Positions 38,597 to 47,344 are shown, counted from the stretch's first letter. The stretch is DNA of 64,000 nucleotides from Candidatus Eiseniibacteriota bacterium (GCA_038231135.1 JBBRLX010000001.1:128001-192000); one strand, 5' to 3'. Numbers and translations: made by a program. Notes: generated by a model not told the origin, from the letters alone.

Positions 38597-39962
38597 CGAC
38601 GAACCCGCGCTGCGCTTCGCGATCTCCGAGTGGGCGCGGGACGACGGGTTCACCGCGCTCGAGGCCGCGAGCGGCGCCGAGGCGCTCGAGCGGGTGCGCG
38701 AGCAGCCGGTCGACGTCGTCGTGCTCGATCTACGGCTCGGCGCCGAGGATGGCCTCGAGGTGCTGCGGCGCCTGCGCGACGAGGATCCGGCCCTCGAAGT
38801 GATCATGCTCACCGGTCACGGCACGGTGGAGCACGCGGTGCGGGCCACGCAGCTCGGCGCCTACGACTTCATGCTCAAGCCTCCGAACCTCGAGCACCTG
38901 GGCGTGGTGCTGCATCGCGCGCTCGAGCGCGCGCGGTTCCAGCGCGAGCTCAAGCACCTGCGCGCCGGCGCCGAGTCCCGGATGATCGGCGAGAGCGGCG
39001 GCTTGAAGAAGGTCCTGCAGCTGCTCGACCGGGCCGCCCGGCATCCGACGACCACGGTGTTGATCCTCGGCGAGACCGGCTCGGGCAAGGAGCTGATGGC
39101 GCGGCATCTCCACGGCCACGGCCCCCGTCCCGACGGACCGTTCATCGAGCTCAACTGCAGCGCAATCCCGGAGCAACTGCTCGAGAGCGAGCTGTTCGGT
39201 CACGAGCGCGGCGCATTCACCGATGCCAAGCGGGCCAAGAAGGGGCTGTTCGAGCTCGCGGACAAGGGCACGCTGTTCCTCGACGAGATCGGGGAGATGC
39301 CGGCCCAGCTGCAGGCGAAGCTGTTGCGCGTGCTGGAGAGCCACACGTTCCGCCGCGTGGGCGGTGACGCGGACGTCACCGTCGACCTGCGGGTGGTCGC
39401 CGCGACGCATCGGGATCTGCAGCAGCAGATCGGCGCGGGGAAGTTCCGCGAAGACCTGTTCTACCGGCTGAGCGGCGTGCCGATCCAGATGCCGCCGCTG
39501 CGTGACCGGGAGGAGGACATCGGCGCGCTGGCGGAGAATTTCATCCAGCGGTTCTGCGGTGAGCTGGGGCGGGCTCCGGCGAAGCTGCATCCGGACGCGC
39601 TGGCACTGATGAAGGCGTACGCGTGGCCGGGGAACGTGCGCCAGTTGAAGAATGTGGTCGAGCGCGTGCTGCTGCTCGAGGCCGACGACGACATCCTGCC
39701 CGGCCATCTGCCGCCCGAGTTCCACGCCGGAGGCCGCGCGAGCGCCGCCGGGGCGATCCCGCAGCCGTTTCCCGCCGGAGTCGTGGTGCCGCTCGCCGAG
39801 GTCGAGATGATGGCGATCCGTCACGCGCTCAGCGTGTGCCGGGGCAACAAGACCAAGGCCGCCAGCCTGCTCGGCATCTCCCGCCAGACCCTGCGCACCA
39901 AGCTCAACGATCCCGTGCTCGACGACGCCACCGACGACGAGGCCGACGCCACCGAGAACTGA
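38538..39962 (+). CDS. Sigma54-dependent response regulator (REC-AAA+-Fis HTH)
   Basis: 'GETGSGKE', 'ESELFGHERGAFTDA', 'LFLDEIG', 'WPGNVRQL', 'GNKTKAASLLGISR'. Confidence 0.93.
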   Translation: MARDASPPATQTAYTLLVVDDEPALRFAISEWARDDGFTALEAASGAEALERVREQPVDVVVLDLRLGAEDGLEVLRRLRDEDPALEVIMLTGHGTVEHAVRATQLGAYDFMLKPPNLEHLGVVLHRALERARFQRELKHLRAGAESRMIGESGGLKKVLQLLDRAARHPTTTVLILGETGSGKELMARHLHGHGPRPDGPFIELNCSAIPEQLLESELFGHERGAFTDAKRAKKGLFELADKGTLFLDEIGEMPAQLQAKLLRVLESHTFRRVGGDADVTVDLRVVAATHRDLQQQIGAGKFREDLFYRLSGVPIQMPPLRDREEDIGALAENFIQRFCGELGRAPAKLHPDALALMKAYAWPGNVRQLKNVVERVLLLEADDDILPGHLPPEFHAGGRASAAGAIPQPFPAGVVVPLAEVEMMAIRHALSVCRGNKTKAASLLGISRQTLRTKLNDPVLDDATDDEADATEN

Positions 39963-40254
39963 AGTTCTTTGTTAGGGCGGGGCCCGCCGCGGGCGACCAG
40001 AATCCCTCCGCATCCGCCATCCCCCCGCAACGAGGTTGGGCGGGCATCCCGCATCCCGTCCCGGTCATTCTGCATGGCCGCGAGTCCGACCGCGGCACCT
40101 CGCACGGTCGTCGACCGCTCCGGCATCGCCTCGAGCTCCCAACCTAACTGAAGTGTTCGTAATGCCATGCCCGTGCGCCGTTAGGCAGGCGCCGGCGTGC
40201 CCGGAGCGTGGCGGAACCGTCTGTGTGTGGCGTAGTTCGCGGCTTCGGCGTGGC

Positions 40255-40270
40255 TGGCACGACGACTGCA
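40255..40270 (+). promoter_or_regulatory. Sigma54 (-24/-12) promoter
   Basis: TGGCACGACGACTGCA: exact GG-N10-GC spacing, 38 nt before ATG 40309, downstream of a sigma54 activator gene. Confidence 0.75.
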
Positions 40271-40308
40271 AACTGTTCATGAGCCACCCCCTAAAACGGA
40301 GCCCATGA

Positions 40309-40695
40309 ATGCCCCACATCCTGATCGTGGAAGACGAGCCCTCGACCTCCTGGGCGCTATCGGAGGGCCTGTCCGACGACGGATTCACCATCGACGCGTT
40401 CCAGACCGCCGAAGCGGCCTGGGAGTGGCTCCGTCGTGGCCACAGCGATCTGGTGATCACGGACCTCCGGCTGCCGGGAATGAGCGGGATCGACCTCGCC
40501 CGCAAGCTGCAGCGCGGCCCGCACGCACAGCCCGTGATCCTCGTCACCGCCTACACGACTCCCGAACCGTCGTCCGAACTGGAACGCGCCGGGATCGTCG
40601 AGTGTTTCTCGAAGCCGTTTCAAATCGACCAACTGCGTCAGTCCGTGCACCGGGCGCTGGATGCTCAGCCACCGCGCAAACGGGCCCGTGCGTGA
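40309..40695 (+). CDS. Single-domain response regulator (CheY-like)
   Basis: 'ILIVEDE', 'VITDLRLPGMSG', 'VTAY', 'KPF'. Confidence 0.88.
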   Translation: MPHILIVEDEPSTSWALSEGLSDDGFTIDAFQTAEAAWEWLRRGHSDLVITDLRLPGMSGIDLARKLQRGPHAQPVILVTAYTTPEPSSELERAGIVECFSKPFQIDQLRQSVHRALDAQPPRKRARA

Positions 40696-40706
40696 GGTTC
40701 GCCGAC

Positions 40707-41027
40707 ATGACAACACCCCGCCGCCCCCGTCTGACGCTCATTGCGTCTCCGCAGTCCGAATCGACCAACCCCGCCACGCGGATGGCGGCCCTGCTGGGCC
40801 GCTGCACGGAGCCGCAGCGCACGATGCTGGCGCTACGGCTCGTCGAGCGCCTGTCGTCGGTCGAAGCGGCCGCGACGCTCGGCATCACGGTCGGACAGTT
40901 CGAGCGCTCGTATCAGGCGCTGATCGCCGATCTGCGCCGCGCGATGGACCGCACGAACCGCGGCCGCTGGCAGACCGCCGAACGCCGCGCGTCGCTCGCG
41001 ATTGCGCGCCTGCGGAAGGCGTCATGA
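40707..41027 (+). CDS. Stand-alone sigma70 region-4-like HTH protein (106 aa)
   Basis: 'LLGRCTEPQRTMLALRLVERLSSVEAAATLGITVGQFERSYQALIADLRRAM' follows the sigma4 pattern; no region 2. Confidence 0.6.
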   Translation: MTTPRRPRLTLIASPQSESTNPATRMAALLGRCTEPQRTMLALRLVERLSSVEAAATLGITVGQFERSYQALIADLRRAMDRTNRGRWQTAERRASLAIARLRKAS

Positions 41028-41275
41028 GCCCGCACACGAACTGGCTGACGCCCGCGGCCGATCCCGCCCGCACGATTCCGGCAACGGCGGACGAACGCGC
41101 GTGGACGATCGACAGCGCGCTGGGCTCGCTCGATTCCGAGCAGCGCCGCCTCGAGCGCCTGGGCTTCGAGCTGCCGCTCGCCCGGTGCCGCGAGCAGCGC
41201 CGGTTCTGGGAATTCGTCCACGCCGTGAGCGCGCTCGAGCCTCGCGCGGATTCGCGGCTGCGGAGGACCGCGTGA
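41024..41275 (+). CDS. Small hypothetical protein (83 aa)
   Basis: ATGA and GTGA coupling to both neighbours. Confidence 0.6.
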   Translation: MSPHTNWLTPAADPARTIPATADERAWTIDSALGSLDSEQRRLERLGFELPLARCREQRRFWEFVHAVSALEPRADSRLRRTA

Positions 41276-42195
41276 CGCGTAAAGACGAGAAGCACCTGCC
41301 GCCGGAAGCACCGGGGCCTCGCGGCAAGCTGCGGCTCGTTGGTCACGCCGGTCACCCGTCGGAGCTCGATCGCGTCACGCATCCCGCGCAGTGGCAGCGG
41401 GCGCACGTGCCGACGATCGCGATCGCGAGCGGCAAGGGCGGAGTGGGCAAGAGCAATCTCGCCGCGAATCTGGCGGTGGCGCTGGGCGAGGCCGGGGCGC
41501 GCGTGCTGCTCGTCGACGCCGATCTCGCCCAGGCGAACCTCGACCTGCTGCTGGGCGTGCATCCGCGCTTCGACCTGCAGCACGTGCTGTCGGGCGAGAA
41601 GCAGCCCGAGGACATCGTCATCAAGGCTTCGAAGGGCGTGAAGCTCGTGCCGGCGTCGTCCGGCGTGCCGGAGCTCGCGGAACTCGACGACTACCGGCGC
41701 GAGTGCCTGCTGCGCGCACTGGGCTCGCTCGAGGTCGACACCGACATCGTGCTGCTCGACCTGGCGTCGGGAGTGTCGGGCGGAGTGACCGGGATCTGCC
41801 ATGCGGCCGACGAGGTGATCGTGGTCACCACGCCCGAGATGCCGGCGTTCTCGGACGCCTACGCGCTGATCAAGCTGTTGCACCAGCAGGGTCGCAAGCG
41901 GCCGCCGCATCTGGTCGTGAGCATGGCCGACACCGCCGAGGAAGCCCGCGAGACGGCGCACCGCATCCGCCTCGTCGCGCGCCGGTTCCTCACGGTGGAC
42001 ATCGATTTTCTTGGTTGTGTGCCGTTCGATCCCGCGGTCGCGCGGGCCGTGCGGCGCCAGGAACCCGTCCTTACCGCCTACCCCCAGTCCCCGGCAGCCG
42101 CGGCGTATCGCGAGCTGGCAGGACGGCTGTGGGAGGCGCAGGAGCCCGATCCGTCGATCCGGACTCCGCATGTACCGCAGCGTCTCGAAGCCTAA
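41272..42195 (+). CDS. flhG: MinD/ParA-family ATPase, FlhG/FleN-like
   Basis: 'IAIASGKGGVGKSN..ANLA', 'DADLAQANLDLLLG', 'DAYALIK'; directly upstream of sigma28. Confidence 0.8.
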   Translation: MTRKDEKHLPPEAPGPRGKLRLVGHAGHPSELDRVTHPAQWQRAHVPTIAIASGKGGVGKSNLAANLAVALGEAGARVLLVDADLAQANLDLLLGVHPRFDLQHVLSGEKQPEDIVIKASKGVKLVPASSGVPELAELDDYRRECLLRALGSLEVDTDIVLLDLASGVSGGVTGICHAADEVIVVTTPEMPAFSDAYALIKLLHQQGRKRPPHLVVSMADTAEEARETAHRIRLVARRFLTVDIDFLGCVPFDPAVARAVRRQEPVLTAYPQSPAAAAYRELAGRLWEAQEPDPSIRTPHVPQRLEA

Positions 42196-42204
42196 GGAGT
42201 CCCC

Positions 42205-43035
42205 ATGCCGCGAACCGCTCCGTCCATTCGTCGCACCCCGCCGCTCCGCATCACCCGTCGCGCCCCCGCGGTGGTAACGGCCCCGGCGCCACCGCCGGCG
42301 CCGCGCGCCACATCGTATTCGAAGGACGAGCTGCTCAAGCGGTTCGCGCCGCTGGTCCGCCACGTGGTGGAGCGCGTCGCGGCCACGCTGCCGAAGAACG
42401 TCGATCACGAGGACCTGTACTCCGCCGGAGTGCTTGGCCTGCTGGACGCGCATGCCAAGTTCGACACCGGCAAGGGCGTCAAGTTCGAGACCTACGCGGT
42501 GTGGCGCATCAAGGGCGCCGTGCTCGACCAGTTGCGGTCGCTGGACTGGGTGTCGCGGTCCATGCGGCGCAAGGCCCGGAACCTGGACGGCGTGACGCGC
42601 AAGCTCGACCAGAAGCTCGGCCGCGCCGCCTCCGAGGAGGAGGTCGCCCGCGAGATGAAGATGTCGACGCCCGATTTCTACCGGTTGCTCGATCACGTGC
42701 GCGGCGCCGTGCTGGTGTCGCTCGACGAGAGCCGCTCCGGCGAGGACCACGAGCCGTCGACGCTCGGCGACCATCTGCCGGATCCGTCGGTGGTGAACGT
42801 GGAGGCGCGGCTCGAGGAGGAGCAGTCGCGCGTCGTCGTGCTGCGGACGCTCGACCAGCTCCCGGAGCAGGAGCGGCTGGTCGTGGCGCTCTACTATTAC
42901 GAGCACATGACGCTGAACGAGATCGGCCGCGCGCTCGGCATCAGCGAGTCGCGGGTGTCGCAGGTGCACAGCCGCGCGATGCTGCGGCTCCGCATGCGGC
43001 TGCACAAGAACCTGCATGGAGAGATGGCCGCCTGA
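42205..43035 (+). CDS. fliA: RNA polymerase sigma28 (FliA/WhiG family)
   Basis: 'KFETYAVWRIKGAVLDQLRSLDWVSRSMR', 'LYYYEHMTLNEIG..LGISESRVSQVH'. Confidence 0.92.
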   Translation: MPRTAPSIRRTPPLRITRRAPAVVTAPAPPPAPRATSYSKDELLKRFAPLVRHVVERVAATLPKNVDHEDLYSAGVLGLLDAHAKFDTGKGVKFETYAVWRIKGAVLDQLRSLDWVSRSMRRKARNLDGVTRKLDQKLGRAASEEEVAREMKMSTPDFYRLLDHVRGAVLVSLDESRSGEDHEPSTLGDHLPDPSVVNVEARLEEEQSRVVVLRTLDQLPEQERLVVALYYYEHMTLNEIGRALGISESRVSQVHSRAMLRLRMRLHKNLHGEMAA

Positions 43036-43430
43036 TGGCCACACAAGGAGGTCCGCTGCTGCTGGTGAGTCCGGCACTCGCGTTTCGCGACCGGATGCTG
43101 CAGCTGGCGGAGCGCATCGAGTCGGCCGGAACGACGGATGCCGCCGAATTGCGGCAGGCTGTCGCGACCTGGTGGCTCGAGCAGCAGGACTGGGAGCGCA
43201 CGCTCGGCGCCCGGCTCGAGATGCACCACGAGATCAACAACGCGCTGGTGGGTGTACGCGGTCACGCGCAGCTTCTGCTCCACGGTTCCGCCGGGAGCGA
43301 GCCGAAGGTGCGCGATCGTCTGGAGGTGATCATCCGTGAATCAGGACGCATCGAAAAAGCCGCGCAGCAGATCCGGGAAGTCCGCAACAGCCTCCCCGGA
43401 TCCGATCCGCCGTCGTCGCACGCAGCCTGA
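43035..43430 (+). CDS. HisKA/DHp-only protein (no ATPase domain)
   Basis: H-box 'HHEINNALVGVRGHAQLLL'; ends after the second DHp helix. Confidence 0.7.
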   Translation: MATQGGPLLLVSPALAFRDRMLQLAERIESAGTTDAAELRQAVATWWLEQQDWERTLGARLEMHHEINNALVGVRGHAQLLLHGSAGSEPKVRDRLEVIIRESGRIEKAAQQIREVRNSLPGSDPPSSHAA

Positions 43431-44484
43431 CTCGCGGAGCCTGTCCGCCGCCGCGCCGGGACGCCGGGCAGACCCCCGGTCCGCCGATCGCGCCGCTGCC
43501 GGGACGCACGGCGAGACGGTGGCGCCCGCCGCCCGCCGCACCGACACGCATGGGGTGCCGCGGGAGCGTCGCGGGGATGGCGCGGTTCCGGCGGCGTCCG
43601 AACGCCGTCGCGCGTCGCGGTTCCTGTGGTCCGCGTGCGAGGCGCTGCTCGCCGCGGCGGCCGAGCCGCGCTCGCTGAATCGCGCGCTCGACATGCTCAA
43701 GCAGGCGTTCGAATGCGATGGCGTCGCGCTGCACGCGCTCGCGCCGTCGGGGAAGCTCGAGCCGTGGAGCACGCGGGGCGCGTGGAAGAGCACCGCCGGC
43801 GACCTCCGCGACTGCATGAGCGTGCCGCTGTTCCGCGGCGACGAGCGGGTGGGCACGCTCGACCTGCGCGCGGCGCCGGGACAGAGCTGGCGTCCGGGGC
43901 AGCTCGGCCTGATTCGCACCGCCGCCGGTGCGCTGGGTGCGGCGCTCGGCGCGCGCATCGAGCTGCAGCGGCTCCGCACCCTGCCCGGCCGCGATTCGCT
44001 CACCGGCCTGGCGGACGCCCGCGCGCTCCACACCCGTCTCGGCGAGGAGCTGACGCGCTCCCACCGGCACGGCATGCCGGTGTCGCTGGTCGTGCTCGAT
44101 CTCGACCATCTCGCGGGCGTCAACACCCGCTACGGCCGCGAGACCGGCGACGCGGTGCTGTCGGAGACCGCACTGGTGCTCAAGCTGCAGCTGCGCGAGA
44201 CGGACCTGGTGGCGCGGCTCGAGGGCGATTCGTTCGGAATGATGCTGCCCGAGACCGACCGTGATTCGGCGCTGCGCTGCGCCGATCGCGTGCGGCGGGC
44301 GGTTGAGGAGCACCGGTTCGCGCGGATCGGTCACATCAGCGCCAGTGCCGGCGTCGCGGCGTGCCCGGCCGACGGCAGCGAAGCCATCGAATTGATCGAA
44401 CTCGCCGAGCGTGCGCTGGGACTCGCGAAGAAGGCGGGCCGGCGGCGCGTGATGACCGTGGCGTCCCCCGGACCGGTTCATTGA
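43336..44484 (+). CDS. GAF-like plus degenerate GGDEF protein (start uncertain)
   Basis: 'DSLTGL', 'VLDLDHL..VN..YG...GD', 'RETDLVARLEGDSF'; SD GGAGG before GTG 43336. Confidence 0.85.
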   Translation: MNQDASKKPRSRSGKSATASPDPIRRRRTQPDSRSLSAAAPGRRADPRSADRAAAGTHGETVAPAARRTDTHGVPRERRGDGAVPAASERRRASRFLWSACEALLAAAAEPRSLNRALDMLKQAFECDGVALHALAPSGKLEPWSTRGAWKSTAGDLRDCMSVPLFRGDERVGTLDLRAAPGQSWRPGQLGLIRTAAGALGAALGARIELQRLRTLPGRDSLTGLADARALHTRLGEELTRSHRHGMPVSLVVLDLDHLAGVNTRYGRETGDAVLSETALVLKLQLRETDLVARLEGDSFGMMLPETDRDSALRCADRVRRAVEEHRFARIGHISASAGVAACPADGSEAIELIELAERALGLAKKAGRRRVMTVASPGPVH

Positions 44485-46235
44485 TGACCGGCCCCGAGCT
44501 CCACGTGGCCCATGACGCCCACACGGAGCCCGTGGACCCGGACGATCGCCCCGCGCGTATTCTCGTCGTCGACGACGAGGCGACGGTGGCGGAGATCTTC
44601 CAGGAGTTCCTCACCGACCAGGGCCACGAGATCGCGGTCGCATCGACCGGCGAGCAGGCCCAGCAGATGATCCCGCAGTTCAATCCCGACATCGTGCTCA
44701 CCGACATCAACCTGCCGGGCACGTCGGGGCTCGAGGTGATGCGGTTCGCGAAGCGGCACGATCCGGAGACCGCGGTGATCGTGGTCACGGGCCACGCCTC
44801 GGCCGCGACCGCGATCGATGCGCTGCGCCAGGGCGCGTACGACTACATCACGAAGCCGTTCGATCTCGACGAGGTGCACCAGATCGTCGAGCGCGGACTC
44901 GCGAACCGCCGGCTGCGTTCGATCAACCGCCGGCTGGTCGAGGAGCTGCGCCAGAAGAACGAGATCCTCGAGTACCACGAGCAGGAGCTGCGCGAGCGTG
45001 TCGAGCAGGCCACCGCCCAGCTCAAGCGGCTGTACGACGTCGGCATGGAGGTCAGCGCCGACCTCGAGCTGGCGCCGCGGCTGCGCCTGATCGCCGAGAA
45101 GAGCGCCGTGCTGTGCGGCGCGGCATCGGCGATCGTGTTCCTCGTCCAGCCGGAGCAGAACGACTGCTGGGCCGCCGCCATTCACGGCCTCGAGCTGCCG
45201 CCGCTCGAAGACGGCCAGGTCCGCTGGCTGCACCGCGACGAGGCGCTGGCGCCGGCGGTGCTGGAACCGCGCACGCTGCGCCGCGCGGTCGCGCCCGGGG
45301 CGCCGGCCGAACAGGTGGCGGGCATCGCGGGCTTGAGCTTCCGCACGCTGCTCGCCGCGCCGATGATCGCGGACGGTAACGTGATCGGCATGGTCGCGCT
45401 GTTCGACAAGCCGAACGGGTTCAGCGAGGACGATCAGAGCTTCCTCGAGCTGTTCGCGACGCAGACCGCGATCGCGGTGCGCAACTCGCAGCTCTACGAG
45501 GACACCAAGAGCCTCGACCGTCTCAAGTCCGAGTTCGTGGCCGTGGTGTCGCACGAGATCCGCACGCCACTCACGTCGATCAAGGGCTCGATCGAGCTGC
45601 TGTCGGACCCACGATACTTCCCGAGCACCGAGCAGCAGGCCAAGCTGCTGACGATCGCGAGCGCGAACACCGAGCGGCTGCTGGTGCTGATCAAGGACAT
45701 CCTCGACTTCTCCAAGCTCGACTCGTCGTCGATGCGGCTCAACCAGGAGCTGCAGCCGCTCGAGCCGGTGATCGAGCACGCGATCCACAATCTGCGGACG
45801 CTGCTCGAGGAACATCGCATCGAGCTGCAGCTGCGGATCGAACCGGGACTGCCCCAGGTCGCGATCGACGCGGGACGCGTGATGCAGGTGCTCACGAACC
45901 TGGTCTCGAACGCGATCAAGTTCTCGCCCGCGGGCGCCGCCATCGAGGTCCGTGCCGAACAGGTCGGCGGCGAGCTGCAGGTGTGCGTGCGCGATCACGG
46001 CGAGGGCATCGCACCCCAGGACCTGACGAAACTGTTCCGCAAGTTCTCGCAGATCGACTCCGCCGCGACCCGCAAGGCGGGCGGCGCGGGTCTCGGTCTC
46101 GTGATCTGCAAGGGCATCGTCGAGCAGCACGGCGGCCGGATGTGGGTCGAGAGCGAAGTGGGCGTGGGCAGCCAGTTCTACTTCACGCTGGCTCCGTCCG
46201 GGCGCACCGCGCTCGAACCGGCGAACCGACCCTGA
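44484..46235 (+). CDS. Hybrid histidine kinase REC-GAF-HisKA-HATPase
   Basis: REC 'ILVVDDE...TDINLP...KPF'; 'VSHEIRTPLTSI'; 'NAIKFS', 'GAGLGLVI'. Confidence 0.92.
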   Translation: MTGPELHVAHDAHTEPVDPDDRPARILVVDDEATVAEIFQEFLTDQGHEIAVASTGEQAQQMIPQFNPDIVLTDINLPGTSGLEVMRFAKRHDPETAVIVVTGHASAATAIDALRQGAYDYITKPFDLDEVHQIVERGLANRRLRSINRRLVEELRQKNEILEYHEQELRERVEQATAQLKRLYDVGMEVSADLELAPRLRLIAEKSAVLCGAASAIVFLVQPEQNDCWAAAIHGLELPPLEDGQVRWLHRDEALAPAVLEPRTLRRAVAPGAPAEQVAGIAGLSFRTLLAAPMIADGNVIGMVALFDKPNGFSEDDQSFLELFATQTAIAVRNSQLYEDTKSLDRLKSEFVAVVSHEIRTPLTSIKGSIELLSDPRYFPSTEQQAKLLTIASANTERLLVLIKDILDFSKLDSSSMRLNQELQPLEPVIEHAIHNLRTLLEEHRIELQLRIEPGLPQVAIDAGRVMQVLTNLVSNAIKFSPAGAAIEVRAEQVGGELQVCVRDHGEGIAPQDLTKLFRKFSQIDSAATRKAGGAGLGLVICKGIVEQHGGRMWVESEVGVGSQFYFTLAPSGRTALEPANRP

Positions 46236-46279
46236 TTCCCGATCCGGAATCGGGGCGCCGCCGGCGCAATTCCGCGGCG

Positions 46280-47344
46280 GTGCGTTCGCGTCCGGACTCG
46301 GCACGGGACCTCGCCGCGGAGCGCGTGCTGCTGATCGACTGCCTCGATTCCCAGGGCAGCCGGACCATCGACGCCGCGGCCCGCGGCCGCGCGCTCGCGC
46401 TGTGCGCGGGCGAGGTCGAGATCCTGACGATCGATCTGCGCGACGGCGCGCCCGCGCCCGCCCGCTCGCTCGCCGCCCAGCTCGCCGGGGCCTGTGCTCG
46501 CCTGACGCCGGACCGGCTGGTGATCGCGTCCGCGCTGCCGTGCGGCCGCGACATCGTGCGCGCGATGCCGCGGCCGGCGGCCGCCGTGTGGTGGCCGACC
46601 GGGCTGCCGCAGGCCCCGCGGCCATCCCGGGCATGGACGCCGTTTGGATCGGGCGCGGCGGCGGTGCCGTCGCTGCACGATTGCGATGGCGCCGGGACGG
46701 CGGCGGACCCCGGCGTCGCGACTGCGGCGGCGCTCGACTGGGCGGTTCACGAGGACTCCGGCGTCGCGCGGGCCCGGATCACGCTGTGGGACGGCCGCTA
46801 CCTGCTCGCCCCGGTGCCGCTGTCCGGGGTGCCCGGGCACGAACTGCTGCGCGCGTTCGCGGCGCTCGATGCGCGCTGGAATCGCGTCGAGCTCGTGGTG
46901 CTCGGTGCCGCCGACCCCGCGTTCCATCATGCGGCGCGGCGCCTCGGCATCGGGGCCCGCCTGCACTTCGCGGGCGCCGCCACCGCGGATGCCGAGCTGA
47001 CCTGGCTCGCGAGCGCCGCGGGCGCGATGTTCGCGACCGACGCCCCGGTCGCCGCCTCGCTGATCGTACGCGCGATCGCGTGCGGTACGCCGGTGTTCGT
47101 CGCCGGCTCCCGGCTCGCGAACGCGGTGAATCCGTGGCTCGCCCACCACGGCACGCTCCCGGCGTCGTGGCCGCTCGATCCCGAGCCGTTGCGGGTACGG
47201 CTGGAGTCGCTGCTCGACCACGATCACGAGCTGGAGGTGGCGACCCGCCAGGGCCGCGCGATCGCGGCGCGCCACCAGACGCGGGCGCTGTCGGTGCGCC
47301 TGGCGGTGGCCCTCGGCCGCCCGCCCCGGAGCCGCGCCGCCTGA
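46280..47344 (+). CDS. Divergent GT4-like (GT-B) protein, probably inactive; start uncertain
   Basis: 'RLHFAG...SLIVRAIACGTPVFV' resembles the GT4 C-domain but lacks the E-x7-E glutamates. Confidence 0.55.
   Translation: MRSRPDSARDLAAERVLLIDCLDSQGSRTIDAAARGRALALCAGEVEILTIDLRDGAPAPARSLAAQLAGACARLTPDRLVIASALPCGRDIVRAMPRPAAAVWWPTGLPQAPRPSRAWTPFGSGAAAVPSLHDCDGAGTAADPGVATAAALDWAVHEDSGVARARITLWDGRYLLAPVPLSGVPGHELLRAFAALDARWNRVELVVLGAADPAFHHAARRLGIGARLHFAGAATADAELTWLASAAGAMFATDAPVAASLIVRAIACGTPVFVAGSRLANAVNPWLAHHGTLPASWPLDPEPLRVRLESLLDHDHELEVATRQGRAIAARHQTRALSVRLAVALGRPPRSRAA

Noticed and set aside
40142..40186. ACCTAAC...GTTAGGC resembling an integron attC site
   Set aside because: Only 45 nt, no internal L-box pairing and no integrase or cassettes; a regulator site is more plausible.
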